32,000 nucleotides of DNA from Methylorubrum extorquens (GTDB lineage: Bacteria; Pseudomonadota; Alphaproteobacteria; Rhizobiales; Beijerinckiaceae): NCBI GenBank assembly GCA_900234795.1, contig LT962688.1, forward strand, positions 1,380,001-1,412,000, written 5' to 3'. The translations under genes were made by a program, and so were the position numbers. This document shows positions 1 through 7,894 of the stretch, piece by piece (the first letter of the stretch is position 1; each line of letters begins with the position of its first letter). The notes under the pieces were generated by a model. That model worked only from the letters and a program-made list of their open reading frames with translations. It searched no databases and was not told where the DNA came from.

Positions 1-61
1 CCGTGCCGCGTTTGGGTCCGCGGGCCGCGTCGGCTTTCTTGGTCGCTTCGTTCGATGCCAT
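1..61 (-). CDS. Possible 5' end of preprotein translocase subunit SecE (partial, runs off the window)
   Basis: An ATG at 61-59 on the minus strand opens MASNEATKKADAARGPKRGT and stays open to the window edge. It lies directly downstream of tRNA-Trp on the same strand, matching the conserved bacterial tRNA-Trp-secE-nusG order. Only about 20 codons are visible, so the call rests on synteny. Confidence 0.3.
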   Translation of the reverse strand, partial: MASNEATKKADAARGPKRGT

Positions 62-258
62 GGCGCAACTGAAACCGGACAGGGCTCCGGGAACCACCGA
101 TCGCGGTGCGGGGACAATCGCGTCCCACACCGACAGCATCTGAGGATCTCGGAATGCGCCCGCTCTAGCGCAAGTGATCCGGCTTGTCGATGGGTTCGGG
201 ACGGGGTGCCGCGGGTCGGATGCCAGGTCGGTCTCGGCGTCGGGCTCGGTGGGCGCCG

Positions 259-335
259 TGGCAGGAGTGGAGGGACTCGAACCCCCAACCCCCGGTTTTG
301 GAGACCGGTGCTCTGACCAGTTGAGCTACACTCCT
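259..335 (-). tRNA. trnW: tRNA-Trp (anticodon CCA)
   Basis: The reverse complement reads AGGAGTGTAGCTCAACTGGTCAGAGCACCGGTCTCCAAAACCGGGGGTTGGGGGTTCGAGTCCCTCCACTCCTGCCA. It has a 7-bp acceptor stem (AGGAGTG/CACTCCT), an anticodon stem CCGGT/ACCGG with loop CTCCAAA, a GGTTCGAGTCC T-arm and an encoded 3' CCA. It closely resembles E. coli tRNA-Trp. Confidence 0.93.
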
Positions 336-416
336 ACGGCGCGCGCGGCGCGGCTCGCGTCATGCCGCAACCTGCGGCCCAAAGCAAGGGCAGGACGTCA
401 GCAAGCAGAGTCATCG

Positions 417-983
417 CTATTCGTCGTCCAGCTCGAAATCCGCATCCGCGAAGGGATAGGCCGCCTCGACGAGGTAGGGCCCGCCGCCGCGCGAGGTGCG
501 GGCGGAGAACAGGGCTGCGCGGCGCGCCGTGAAGGTCAGACGGGGAAACACCCCCGCCTCCGTCAGCCTTCGCGCCACGGCCTCCGGCGAGGCCTCGCGG
601 TTGAGGCGGGCCAGCGTCACATGCGGCGTGAACTTGCGCCGCTCCGGCGCGGCACCGGCCCGGCGGGCGATACGCTCGTGCTCTTCCTGCAAATCGATGA
701 GTTCCGGCGTGGGGACGACCGAGGCGTAGAGCGCCCGCGGCCGGTCTCCGCCGAAGCTCGCGAGCCCGTCCAGCGTCACGGTGAGCGGCGCGCGCACCCG
801 CGCCTCCCGCAGGCCGGCATCGACATCGGCAGCGATCATGTCGTCGATCTCGCCGAGGAAGCGCAGGGTGACGTGGTAGTCGCTCGGCTCGATCCAGCGC
901 GCGCCGGGCAGGCCGCCACGGAAGAACGACAGCCGCTCGGCGATGTCCGGCGGAATCTCGATGCCGGTGAACAGGCGCGGCAT
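417..983 (-). CDS. thpR: RNA 2',3'-cyclic phosphodiesterase (2H phosphoesterase, ThpR/LigT family)
   Basis: 188 aa. Both HxTx motifs of the 2H superfamily are present (YHVTLRFLG and PHVTLARL), and the length is typical. Confidence 0.88.
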   Translation of the reverse strand: MPRLFTGIEIPPDIAERLSFFRGGLPGARWIEPSDYHVTLRFLGEIDDMIAADVDAGLREARVRAPLTVTLDGLASFGGDRPRALYASVVPTPELIDLQEEHERIARRAGAAPERRKFTPHVTLARLNREASPEAVARRLTEAGVFPRLTFTARRAALFSARTSRGGGPYLVEAAYPFADADFELDDE

Positions 984-989
984 AATTCG

Positions 990-1676
990 CTACCCCTTCT
1001 TCTCCGGATTCTGGCCCAGGCGGCCCAGGAAGGTTTCGACGCTCGGCAGGATGCCCTCGACGATCCGCTCGACGCCCTTGGCGGTGGGGTGCAGCCCGTC
1101 ATCCATGGTGTTGGCGCGCTGGCCCGTCACGCCGTCGAGAAAGAACGGGTAGAGCACGAGGCCGTGCGCCTTGGCCAAGTCGGGATAGATCGCGTCGAAC
1201 CGGGCGCGGTACTCCGTGCCGAGGTTCGGTGCGGCCAGCATGCCGGCGAGCAGCACCGGAATGTTGCGCTCCTTCAGCCGCGCGATGATCGTCTCGAGCG
1301 CCTTGCGCGTCACCGCCGGATCGGTGCCGCGCAGCATGTCGTTGGCGCCGAGTTCGAGAATCACGCCCTGCGTGCCGTCCGGCACCGACCAGTCGAGCCG
1401 GTCGAGCCCGCCGGTGCTGGTGTCGCCCGACACGCCGGCATTGGCGATCTCGACCCGGTACCCCTTGGCCTTCAGCGCCCGCTCCAGCACCGCGGGAAAG
1501 GCGGCGTCGGCCGGCAGGCGGTAGCCCGCGGTGAGGCTGTCGCCGAAGGCCACGAGCTTGAGCGGCGCCGGCTCGGCACGGGCCGAGCCGGGCAGCAGGC
1601 CCGCGGCGCCGACGAGCGTAGCTGCGGCTAAGAGGAGCATCAGCGCGGCCCTGCGCCGAAGGCGGCGCGGCCCCAC
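990..1676 (-). CDS. Secreted SGNH/GDSL hydrolase (arylesterase, TesA-like)
   Basis: It carries the FGDSLTAGY block I motif, GVSGDT, GANDML and a C-terminal DGLHP block. The signal peptide is RRLRRRAALMLLLAAATLVGAAGLLPGSARA. The start is uncertain: GTG 1676 keeps the positively charged n-region, with ATG 1640 or ATG 1784 as alternatives. The long 403-aa ORF version overlaps the divergent ABC gene and is rejected. Confidence 0.85.
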   Translation of the reverse strand: MGPRRLRRRAALMLLLAAATLVGAAGLLPGSARAEPAPLKLVAFGDSLTAGYRLPADAAFPAVLERALKAKGYRVEIANAGVSGDTSTGGLDRLDWSVPDGTQGVILELGANDMLRGTDPAVTRKALETIIARLKERNIPVLLAGMLAAPNLGTEYRARFDAIYPDLAKAHGLVLYPFFLDGVTGQRANTMDDGLHPTAKGVERIVEGILPSVETFLGRLGQNPEKKG

Positions 1677-1854
1677 ATCGGGTGCGGCCGCCTCGCGCCG
1701 GGCGTCCAAGCATGACACAAGCCTGCCGGGTCCGGCTTCCGCTTCGTTCGCATGGTGCAAGACCGTATCCTTTCGCTCGGACATGTCCGGGTGGTTGCCA
1801 AGCTGCTCGCCAACTTCCCTGCCAAGATTCCCCGCCAAGATCGGTCGGTGCCTG

Positions 1855-2547
1855 ATGTCGAACAAGGCCGTCTCTCTGTCGCAGATCGAGCTGAGCCTCG
1901 GCCGCGGCCCCGCGCGGGTGCATGTCCTGCGCGGCATCTCGCTCGATGTCGAGCGCGGCGAGGCGGTCGGACTCGTCGGCCCGTCGGGTTCGGGAAAATC
2001 GACCCTGCTCACCGTCATGGCCGGGCTGGAGCGGCCCGATACCGGTCGCGTCACCATCGCCGGCACGGATCTCGGCGGGCTCGATGAGGACGGGCTCGCG
2101 CGCTTCCGCGGCCGCAACATCGGCATCGTGTTCCAGGCCTTCCACCTCGTGCCGACCATGACCGCGCTGGAGAACGTGGCGCTGCCGCTCGAACTCGCCA
2201 ACGCATCCGATCCGCACGGACGGGCGGCGGCGGAACTCGAGGCAGTGGGGCTCGGCCACCGGCTGCGGCACTATCCGGCGCAGCTCTCCGGCGGCGAGCA
2301 GCAGCGCGTGGCGATCGCCCGTGCGCTCGCGCCCGATCCGGCGATCCTGGTCGCAGACGAGCCGACGGGAAACCTCGACGAGGCGACGGGACGGCAGATC
2401 GTGGACCTGTTGTTCGGGCTCAAGCGCGACCGCGGCGCGACCCTGGTCCTGGTGACGCACGATCCCGGCCTCGCCCGGCTGTGCGACCGCACCGTGCGCC
2501 TGCGCGCCGGCCGGATCGAAGCGCCGGCCGAGGCGCAAGAAGCCTAA
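1855..2547 (+). CDS. ABC transporter ATP-binding protein, YbbA/LolD-like (MacB/FtsX-type partner family)
   Basis: 230 aa starting at ATG 1855 (MSNKAVSLSQIEL). It has Walker A GPSGSGKST, the signature LSGGEQQRVAIARAL, Walker B ILVADEPTGNLD and an H-loop VTHD. It is divergent from the TesA-like esterase, as in the tesA-ybbA-ybbP arrangement. Confidence 0.9.
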   Translation: MSNKAVSLSQIELSLGRGPARVHVLRGISLDVERGEAVGLVGPSGSGKSTLLTVMAGLERPDTGRVTIAGTDLGGLDEDGLARFRGRNIGIVFQAFHLVPTMTALENVALPLELANASDPHGRAAAELEAVGLGHRLRHYPAQLSGGEQQRVAIARALAPDPAILVADEPTGNLDEATGRQIVDLLFGLKRDRGATLVLVTHDPGLARLCDRTVRLRAGRIEAPAEAQEA

Positions 2548-2669
2548 GTAAACAGGGCCTGGAAAAACGATGCCTTCCGGTGCCGGTCGGGCGCCGAAAG
2601 GCAAGCTCGTGTCAGGTGTTGAAGCCGTCTGCTCGCGCGTCGCGTCAGGCGAGGCGGCACCCAGAAGGA

Positions 2670-2876
2670 TCAGGCGCTCAGCGGGGCGCCGATCCGGGCG
2701 CGGAGCTGAGCCCGCAGGTTCTGGTTGGCCGCGCTGCGGTCGGCGTCGAGGGCCCACATCAGGCGCAGGAGCCGGCTGATCGGCAGAGCCCGGTCCTCAA
2801 TGGCCTCGGCAACCTGCTGCTGGATCGATTTCGAGGTCGCCATGAACGTCTCGGCCGTGGTCTGCATGAGTCGCAT
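2670..2876 (-). CDS. Small hypothetical protein (68 aa)
   Basis: The ORF reads MRLMQTTAETFMATSKSIQQQVAEAIEDRALPISRLLRLMWALDADRSAANQNLRAQLRARIGAPLSA. Third codon positions are almost all G/C, as in neighbouring real genes. No family was recognised. Confidence 0.5.
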   Translation of the reverse strand: MRLMQTTAETFMATSKSIQQQVAEAIEDRALPISRLLRLMWALDADRSAANQNLRAQLRARIGAPLSA

Positions 2877-3014
2877 CCGGAAACGGGCTCGCCCCCCGCG
2901 GGGCGGGCTCTTAAACGGTTCCAAATCGCAAGGCCATAGGTTTGCCGGCTTGCAGTTAGCGGTTCCTTCGAGCGCCCGCGCCGCGCCTCACAGCTTTGTG
3001 AAGCCGGCACGTCG

Positions 3015-3686
3015 TCAGGCGAGCGGCGAGCGCGCGTAGCCGTCGAGCAGATCCTGCGGATCGCGGTAGATCGCGATGCATCCCGCCGCCGACAGCTCGG
3101 CCTCCGGGAAGCCGCCGCACAGGACGCCGATCGTCGAAAGCCCAGCGCCGGCAGCGGCTTGCGCATCGTAGGGAGTATCCCCGATCACCATCACCGCGTC
3201 TTTGGGGAGGCCGGGAAGCTTCTTCAGCACCGCCTCGAAGATGTCGGGATGCGGCTTGGATCGGTCGGCGTCGTCTGAGGTCGTGACCACGTCGACGAGA
3301 TCGGTAATGCCCAGGATTTTCTGGTAGTTTTCCACCTCGTCCGCCTTGCCGGAGGACGCGAGCGCGACGGTCTGGCCTGCATCCCGCACATGGCTGAGCA
3401 GTGCCTTCACGGCGGGAAACGGCTTGGCCTGCGCGAGATAGGACCGCTTGAACAGATCGGAGCGGTAGGCCTCGATCGCTTCGCCCTCCCGGGCGAGCCG
3501 GTCGGCGTCCACGAAGACGGGCAGGAGCTGGTCGCCGCCCTTCCCGATCTGGCGGCGGACCTCGGCCTCCTTCGTCTCGATCCCGAAATGCGCAAAGGCC
3601 TCGACCCAGGCGCAGGCGTGCAGATCGACGCTGTCGAGCAGCGTGCCGTCGATGTCGAAGACGACGGCCTTGATGCGAGCGGACAT
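3015..3686 (-). CDS. HAD-superfamily hydrolase, subfamily IA (phosphatase/beta-phosphoglucomutase-like)
   Basis: 223 aa. It has HAD motif I FDIDGTLLDS, motif II ALASSG, a motif III lysine (SKPHPDIF) and motif IV GDTPYD. Confidence 0.9.
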   Translation of the reverse strand: MSARIKAVVFDIDGTLLDSVDLHACAWVEAFAHFGIETKEAEVRRQIGKGGDQLLPVFVDADRLAREGEAIEAYRSDLFKRSYLAQAKPFPAVKALLSHVRDAGQTVALASSGKADEVENYQKILGITDLVDVVTTSDDADRSKPHPDIFEAVLKKLPGLPKDAVMVIGDTPYDAQAAAGAGLSTIGVLCGGFPEAELSAAGCIAIYRDPQDLLDGYARSPLA

Positions 3687-3700
3687 CGAATCAGGCCCTC

Positions 3701-3991
3701 TCAGCGCGGAAACAGCTGGAGGCCGTCATCGGGGAGGAGATTGCGGGCGGGCCCGCCGGTCTGCTGGCCGCGGCCCTGCTGGTAGTAGGGCAGCTCGGGG
3801 CGACGGTCGTTGCCGCTGCCGGAATCGTATTCCCAGGGCGCGTTCCACGGCGCCCGGCCGCTCACCGCCGGCACGGCGGGGCCGGTGTAGAACGAATCGC
3901 CTGGCCGCATGGGCCCCGCCGCGGCGGCGCCGGCCGCCAGCATCGTGCCGAGGAAGACGGCGGCAGCACCTCGTCCGATCAACGTGCGCAT
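3701..3991 (-). CDS. Small secreted hypothetical protein (96 aa)
   Basis: The N-terminal signal peptide is MRTLIGRGAAAVFLGTMLAAGAAAAG. The mature part is rich in Pro, Gly and Tyr. No family was recognised. Confidence 0.5.
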   Translation of the reverse strand: MRTLIGRGAAAVFLGTMLAAGAAAAGPMRPGDSFYTGPAVPAVSGRAPWNAPWEYDSGSGNDRRPELPYYQQGRGQQTGGPARNLLPDDGLQLFPR

Positions 3992-4110
3992 CGCTTGTCA
4001 TCCCCCGATCGTGGCCGCGCTCTGCCCGCGGAGCGCGAAGGGAAACGGCCGAGCCTGGTCCGCGTTCCGGGTCCTCGGGCTCGCTCGCCCCGACTTTCCC
4101 CGGATGGGCC

Positions 4111-4149
4111 TCAAAAAGCGAAGCCCGCCGGCCCCAGGGGGCGGCGGGC
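4111..4149 (-). terminator. Rho-independent terminator downstream of the DUF2934 gene
   Basis: The minus strand reads GCCCGCCG-loop-CGGCGGGC followed by TTCGCTTTTT. The stem arms are 4123-4130 and 4142-4149, and the T-run corresponds to the plus-strand A-run at 4113-4117. Confidence 0.55.
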
Positions 4150-4178
4150 TCTCGAACCGCGTCTCGTTCAGTGGCGGC

Positions 4179-4568
4179 TCAGTGGAGGACGACCGCCTCG
4201 GCTCCGGCGCGGCTGGCTGCCGACTTGGCCCTGGGTGCCGCCTTCACCGCCTTGGCGGCAGGCTTCTCGGCGGCCTTCGCGGAGGTCTTGGCAGGCGTCT
4301 TAGCCGGTGCCTTGGCCCTGGCAGCCTTGGCGACGCTCGCCAGAGCCTCGGCGGGGGCCTGCACCGACGCCTTGGCGCGGGCGGTGCGGGGCTTGGCGAC
4401 CTTGGCCGGCGCAGCGGACGCCTCGGCTTCGATCAGCGCCGCAGCCGGGGCCTGAAGCAGTTCGGATTCGGCCTGAAGCCAGTGGGCCTCGGCCCGGCCG
4501 AAAACCCGGCCTTCACCTTCCCAGATGTAGTAGGCGCGCTCGCGCACGCTTTTCTCGCACAGCACCAT
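4179..4568 (-). CDS. DUF2934-domain protein with Ala/Lys/Pro-rich histone-H1-like tail
   Basis: The N-terminus RERAYYIWEGEGRVFGRAEAHWLQAE matches the DUF2934 signature. The C-terminal 80 aa or so is low-complexity (AKAPAKTPAKTSAKAAEKPAAKAVKAAPRAK). Confidence 0.8.
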   Translation of the reverse strand: MVLCEKSVRERAYYIWEGEGRVFGRAEAHWLQAESELLQAPAAALIEAEASAAPAKVAKPRTARAKASVQAPAEALASVAKAARAKAPAKTPAKTSAKAAEKPAAKAVKAAPRAKSAASRAGAEAVVLH

Positions 4569-4630
4569 AACGCTCTCCCGAAATCGTCCGACGTGAGTTC
4601 GAACGATGGAAGCGCATGGTTAAGGGGCGG

Positions 4631-4903
4631 TTAACCGCGTTCCGCAGCGCGGGAAAGACGGCGGTGGTTCGCGCGCACCTTGCGGCGGTAGCCAGCCACG
4701 ACCGCGCCGTGCGAGGCGCCCGTCGCAAGCTGCATCGCTGCCTCGCTGGCCGCGAGCAGCTTCTCGCTCACCATGCGCTGCGCCTCCACCTGCGCACCGC
4801 TGCCCCCGGCCGCGAGCTTGGCCATCCGCAGGGCGATCACCGACTGCGCCTCGAAGGCGAGCAGGGTCGTGTCGAGGCCGAGCTTCCACCACGTCGCGTA
4901 CAT
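4631..4903 (-). CDS. Conserved small hypothetical protein (90 aa)
   Basis: It starts at ATG 4903: MYATWWKLGLDTTLLAFEAQSVIALRMAKLAAGGSGAQVEAQRMVSEKLLAA...YRRKVRANHRRL. It resembles a small alphaproteobacterial family that I recall being auto-annotated as antifreeze protein; that is from memory and unverified. Confidence 0.6.
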   Translation of the reverse strand: MYATWWKLGLDTTLLAFEAQSVIALRMAKLAAGGSGAQVEAQRMVSEKLLAASEAAMQLATGASHGAVVAGYRRKVRANHRRLSRAAERG

Positions 4904-4980
4904 CGAACCTGCCCTCTCGTCGTCACACGGCATCGATCTGATAAGGTCACGACGGCCCGCAACGGCGCAGGGCCGGGCTC

Positions 4981-5018
4981 GGGAACGGCGCAGAGACACA
5001 GGTTCGAACGCCGTTCCC
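4981..5018 (-). terminator. Stem-loop downstream of the 5061-5465 gene (possible terminator, no T-run)
   Basis: A perfect 10-bp inverted repeat, GGGAACGGCG (4981-4990) and CGCCGTTCCC (5009-5018), encloses an 18-nt loop. Confidence 0.3.
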
Positions 5019-5060
5019 GGCCGCCTCCGGTGGTTGGGCGGCCCGGAACGGCATCGCGGC

Positions 5061-5465
5061 TCAATCGAAGCTGCGGCCCTTGGCGGCCGAACCGCCCAGG
5101 CTGATCTTGACCTTCTTCGGCGGGGCGGCCTGCCCCCCCTTGCCGCGCCCGGCCGGCACCTCGACCTCCGGCGCCGCCTGAGCGGCCTTCAACCGGGACT
5201 GGCCGTAGATCACCGAGCCGATTTCGCCCACCGCCTGGACCAGGTCGTCGCGCTCGCAGGCGCGGGCCACCTTCAGGCCGAGCTGGTGCATGTGGCTCTT
5301 GCCGTAGAGGTAGGCGGCGAGCTTGGCGCGGGTCAGCGCCGGAATCTCCTCAAGGATGTAGGGCAGATCGTAGTCGTCGGCGCGGTAGACCTCGCCGAGT
5401 CGTTCGAGGGAGACCGGGCATTCCGGATCGACGGTCGCGCCGGTGGTCGGATGGGCCTGGGTCAT
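5061..5465 (-). CDS. Hypothetical protein (134 aa)
   Basis: The ORF begins MTQAHPTTGATVDPECPVSLERLGEVYRADDYDLPYILEEIPALTRAKLAAYLYGKSHMHQLG. GC3 is high. Its ATG overlaps the stop of the upstream ORF (ATGA at 5465-5462). No family was recognised. Confidence 0.55.
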   Translation of the reverse strand: MTQAHPTTGATVDPECPVSLERLGEVYRADDYDLPYILEEIPALTRAKLAAYLYGKSHMHQLGLKVARACERDDLVQAVGEIGSVIYGQSRLKAAQAAPEVEVPAGRGKGGQAAPPKKVKISLGGSAAKGRSFD

Positions 5466-5917
5466 GGATCACCTGCTGTCGGTGCAAAGGGCGATGGAGA
5501 GGGTGACGAAAGCGGCGAAGGCATGTCGGCGGTCGCAGCCTCCGCCACGGGGGACGGCCTGACTGCAATCGAGTCGGAACGCGTGGGAAGGCATCCGGTG
5601 CAAACTGAGGCGATCGCGATCCGGGCGCGCCGGTCGCTGCGCTCCCAGACGGATTCGCGCGCCGTCGCTGCGGCGGCCGGCCCGGAGGCCGCAGTTCCAG
5701 AGGTCGAAGTCCCGGCGAGCCGGGCGTCCGGGTTCGCGCGAATCCGCAGATAGAGCGGCTCCTCCGCCCGGACAGCGGAGATCGGACCGCACGGGAACCC
5801 ACACAGGGCCATCCCGTACACGGCCGCGCCGAGGAGTGCGAGCCGGCCCGGACGTGCCGATGCCGTGCGCCGCGCGGCGCCTCGTGCCGTGCAGCCCGAT
5901 GTCATGCCGGTTGTCAT
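5462..5917 (-). CDS. Hypothetical, possibly secreted protein (about 151 aa)
   Basis: The candidate start is ATG 5917 (MTTGMTSGCTARGAARRTASARPGRLALLGAAVYGMALCG), which gives a signal-like hydrophobic segment. The stop overlaps the start of the downstream gene. Codon bias is only moderate and the start is uncertain. Confidence 0.4.
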   Translation of the reverse strand: MTTGMTSGCTARGAARRTASARPGRLALLGAAVYGMALCGFPCGPISAVRAEEPLYLRIRANPDARLAGTSTSGTAASGPAAAATARESVWERSDRRARIAIASVCTGCLPTRSDSIAVRPSPVAEAATADMPSPLSSPSPSPFAPTAGDP

Positions 5918-6053
5918 GCGGATGCGCGGGTCTCGCCATGGCGGTTGCGGGCGCCGGTTCCCGCGTCGCGGGCTTCCGGGCCGAACAGGATCGGCCGGGA
6001 TGGTCAACAAGACCTTAACCGCGGCATCCATGCGAGGCGAGCCACCCCACGCG

Positions 6054-6078
6054 AAAAAGCCCGGCGCGAGGCCGGGCT
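6054..6078 (-). terminator. Rho-independent terminator of the outer-membrane protein gene
   Basis: The minus strand reads AGCCCGGC-CTCGC-GCCGGGCT followed by TTTTTCGC, an 8-bp GC stem with a T5 run. Confidence 0.65.
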
Positions 6079-6091
6079 CTTCTGGGGGAGG

Positions 6092-6119
6092 TCCGGCGGT
6101 CCGGTGAGGGACCGCCGGA
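6092..6119 (-). terminator. Additional strong stem-loop just downstream of the OMP stop codon
   Basis: A perfect 11-bp inverted repeat, TCCGGCGGTCC (6092-6102) and GGACCGCCGGA (6109-6119), encloses a 6-nt loop. It lies 11 nt past the stop at 6130. Confidence 0.5.
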
Positions 6120-6129
6120 GATCCAGATA

Positions 6130-6996
6130 CTAGTACGAGCCGAACTTGTAGTTCAGGCCGGCGCGGACGACGGCGAACTCGGTGTCGCGGACCTGCTGGC
6201 CACCGCTGACGAGCACGGTGCCCGGGCTGCCGATGGAGACCGTGCGGCCCTGGTTGTCCGTCGCGAAGGCGCCACGGCCGCCGGTGCCGCGATCGAGGTT
6301 CACGTACAGACCTTCGACCTTCAGCGTCACGGCCGAAGACTTGAAGAAGTTCAGGAACGAGTCGGTCGGGAGAGCGTACTCGATACCACCACCGGCGGCC
6401 CAGCCGGTCTGGAAGTCGTTGCTCGACACACCGGTGCCGAACTCACGACCGCCGCCGGAGCCGTAGGCGAAGCCGCCGGTGCCGTACACGAGGGTGCGGT
6501 CGAAGGCGTAGCCGAGGCGACCGCGGACGGTGCCGAAGAAGTCGAGGCCGGACAGACCACCCGGGTTGAACACCTGCTGGGCGGCCAGCGGGCTGGTCGA
6601 GAGGAAGCGGTTCCGGTCACGGCCGAAATCGGCGTACTGGGCGTCGGCCTCGACACCGATCACGACACCGGAGCCCGGGGTGAACTGGTAGTTGTAGCCG
6701 ATCTGACCGCCGCCGACGAAGCCTTCGTTGGACTCACGGTTGCTGAAGGCGACCACGGCGGTGGTGCCCGGGGGCACGAGCAGGGAGGCCGGGCCGACGC
6801 CGATCACGGTCGGGACGCGGTCGTCCTGGGTGCCGAAGCCGTAACCGGCGTTGAAACCGGCGTAGAAGCCCGTCCAGGTGAACACCGGCACCGGCTGGAA
6901 CACCGGCGGCGGAGCCGCGCGGCGCGGGAGGTCGGCGGCCGAGGCGGCGACGGTGGCGGCAACGAGCGCGCTCGAAGCAAGAAGCAGGATTTTCAT
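6130..6996 (-). CDS. Outer-membrane beta-barrel protein, Omp25/Omp31/RopB (OMP_b-brl) family
   Basis: 288 aa. It has the signal peptide MKILLLASSALVAATVAASAA, the WTGFYAGFNAGYGF first strand typical of the family, alternating Gly/aromatic strands and the C-terminal motif GLNYKFGSY. Confidence 0.9.
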   Translation of the reverse strand: MKILLLASSALVAATVAASAADLPRRAAPPPVFQPVPVFTWTGFYAGFNAGYGFGTQDDRVPTVIGVGPASLLVPPGTTAVVAFSNRESNEGFVGGGQIGYNYQFTPGSGVVIGVEADAQYADFGRDRNRFLSTSPLAAQQVFNPGGLSGLDFFGTVRGRLGYAFDRTLVYGTGGFAYGSGGGREFGTGVSSNDFQTGWAAGGGIEYALPTDSFLNFFKSSAVTLKVEGLYVNLDRGTGGRGAFATDNQGRTVSIGSPGTVLVSGGQQVRDTEFAVVRAGLNYKFGSY

Positions 6997-7350
6997 CGTG
7001 TCGTGTCCTGATTTGGCGGGAGCCGGTGTTGGTGTGAAGTGGCCCGGGGAGCTCCCCGGTATCCGTCGCCCTCCAGCGATGAAGCGATCAATGCACCTGA
7101 ATCCGTCAACGAAAGGTGAAGCTTACCCAGCCGCAAGCGCTCGATCAGGCCCGATGTGTCTTTGCGCACATCGTTGCCTCGTCTTGTCGAAAACCGGCAA
7201 CAGTCAAACCATTCAGCACAGCCTGAAGACAATACGGTTAACGGTCAGTGTCTCCCGCCGCGCAAGGCCGCATTAACCACACTTGGGCGATCATTCCCCC
7301 GCGCCGGCGCCCGATCCCGGATCCGGCCGGCCCGATGGATTGCGCTGCCC

Positions 7351-7590
7351 ATGTCCTTCGATTCCGGCTCGCCCAGACCGCGCGGCCCCCTCGCATGGTC
7401 GATCAAGACCGCGCTGATCGTCGGCCTCGGCGCCACCGCCCTCGCCCACCACATCGCCCAACCGGTCGGCAAGCCGGTTCACCGGGGAGGCGACCCGGAG
7501 GTGACGGGCTCGATCGGCGTCAAGGCGCAGTCGCTGCGGCTCGACCCCTGCGCGCTCCGCGGCGCCCTCGGCACGAGCGCGCGCGACTGA
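7351..7590 (+). CDS. Possible small membrane-anchored hypothetical protein (79 aa)
   Basis: ATG 7351 opens MSFDSGSPRPRGPLAWSIKTALIVGLGATALAHHIAQPV, which contains one hydrophobic helix. GC3 is high. No homology was recognised. It sits in the 900-nt spacer between the OMP gene and rhlE. Confidence 0.35.
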   Translation: MSFDSGSPRPRGPLAWSIKTALIVGLGATALAHHIAQPVGKPVHRGGDPEVTGSIGVKAQSLRLDPCALRGALGTSARD

Positions 7591-7894
7591 CCTTCGCGGC
7601 GGGACTCGAGAGGACCGCCCAGGAAAGCCTGGCAAGGCGAGGCCGGAGACGTCGGCCTTACGCGAGCACGGGTTTGAGACGGTCTCGGGATGCCGTCGAC
7701 GCAACCGTCCCCCGCCCGCGCGGGAGGAGGCTGCGCTGTCTCGGTCGATTGACAAGCAGGCACAGGGGTCTAAGTGTCGCGCGCGTTCGGACGCGTGATG
7801 GCGTACCGCGCACGGCTCTCGCGATCCGCCGCCGGCGCGAGCTTTCGAGCCCCTGATCGGCCCACTTCACGCGCACAATGGTTTTCCCTACCCG

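Noticed and set aside
990-2201. A 403-aa version of the esterase ORF. The same issue arises for the 442-aa version of the SPFH ORF at 25782-27110, the 296-aa version of the Uma2 ORF at 11059-11949, and the 163-aa version of sufA.
   Set aside because: The N-terminal extensions overlap neighbouring well-supported genes or repeat DNA and are compositionally non-coding. Internal starts (1676, 26762, 11344, 11186) give proteins of canonical length, some with Shine-Dalgarno sequences.
7749-7776. TTGACA-N16-TAAGTG as a sigma-70 promoter for rhlE.
   Set aside because: The -35 is perfect, but the -10 matches only 2 of 6 consensus positions. It cannot be supported without transcription start data.
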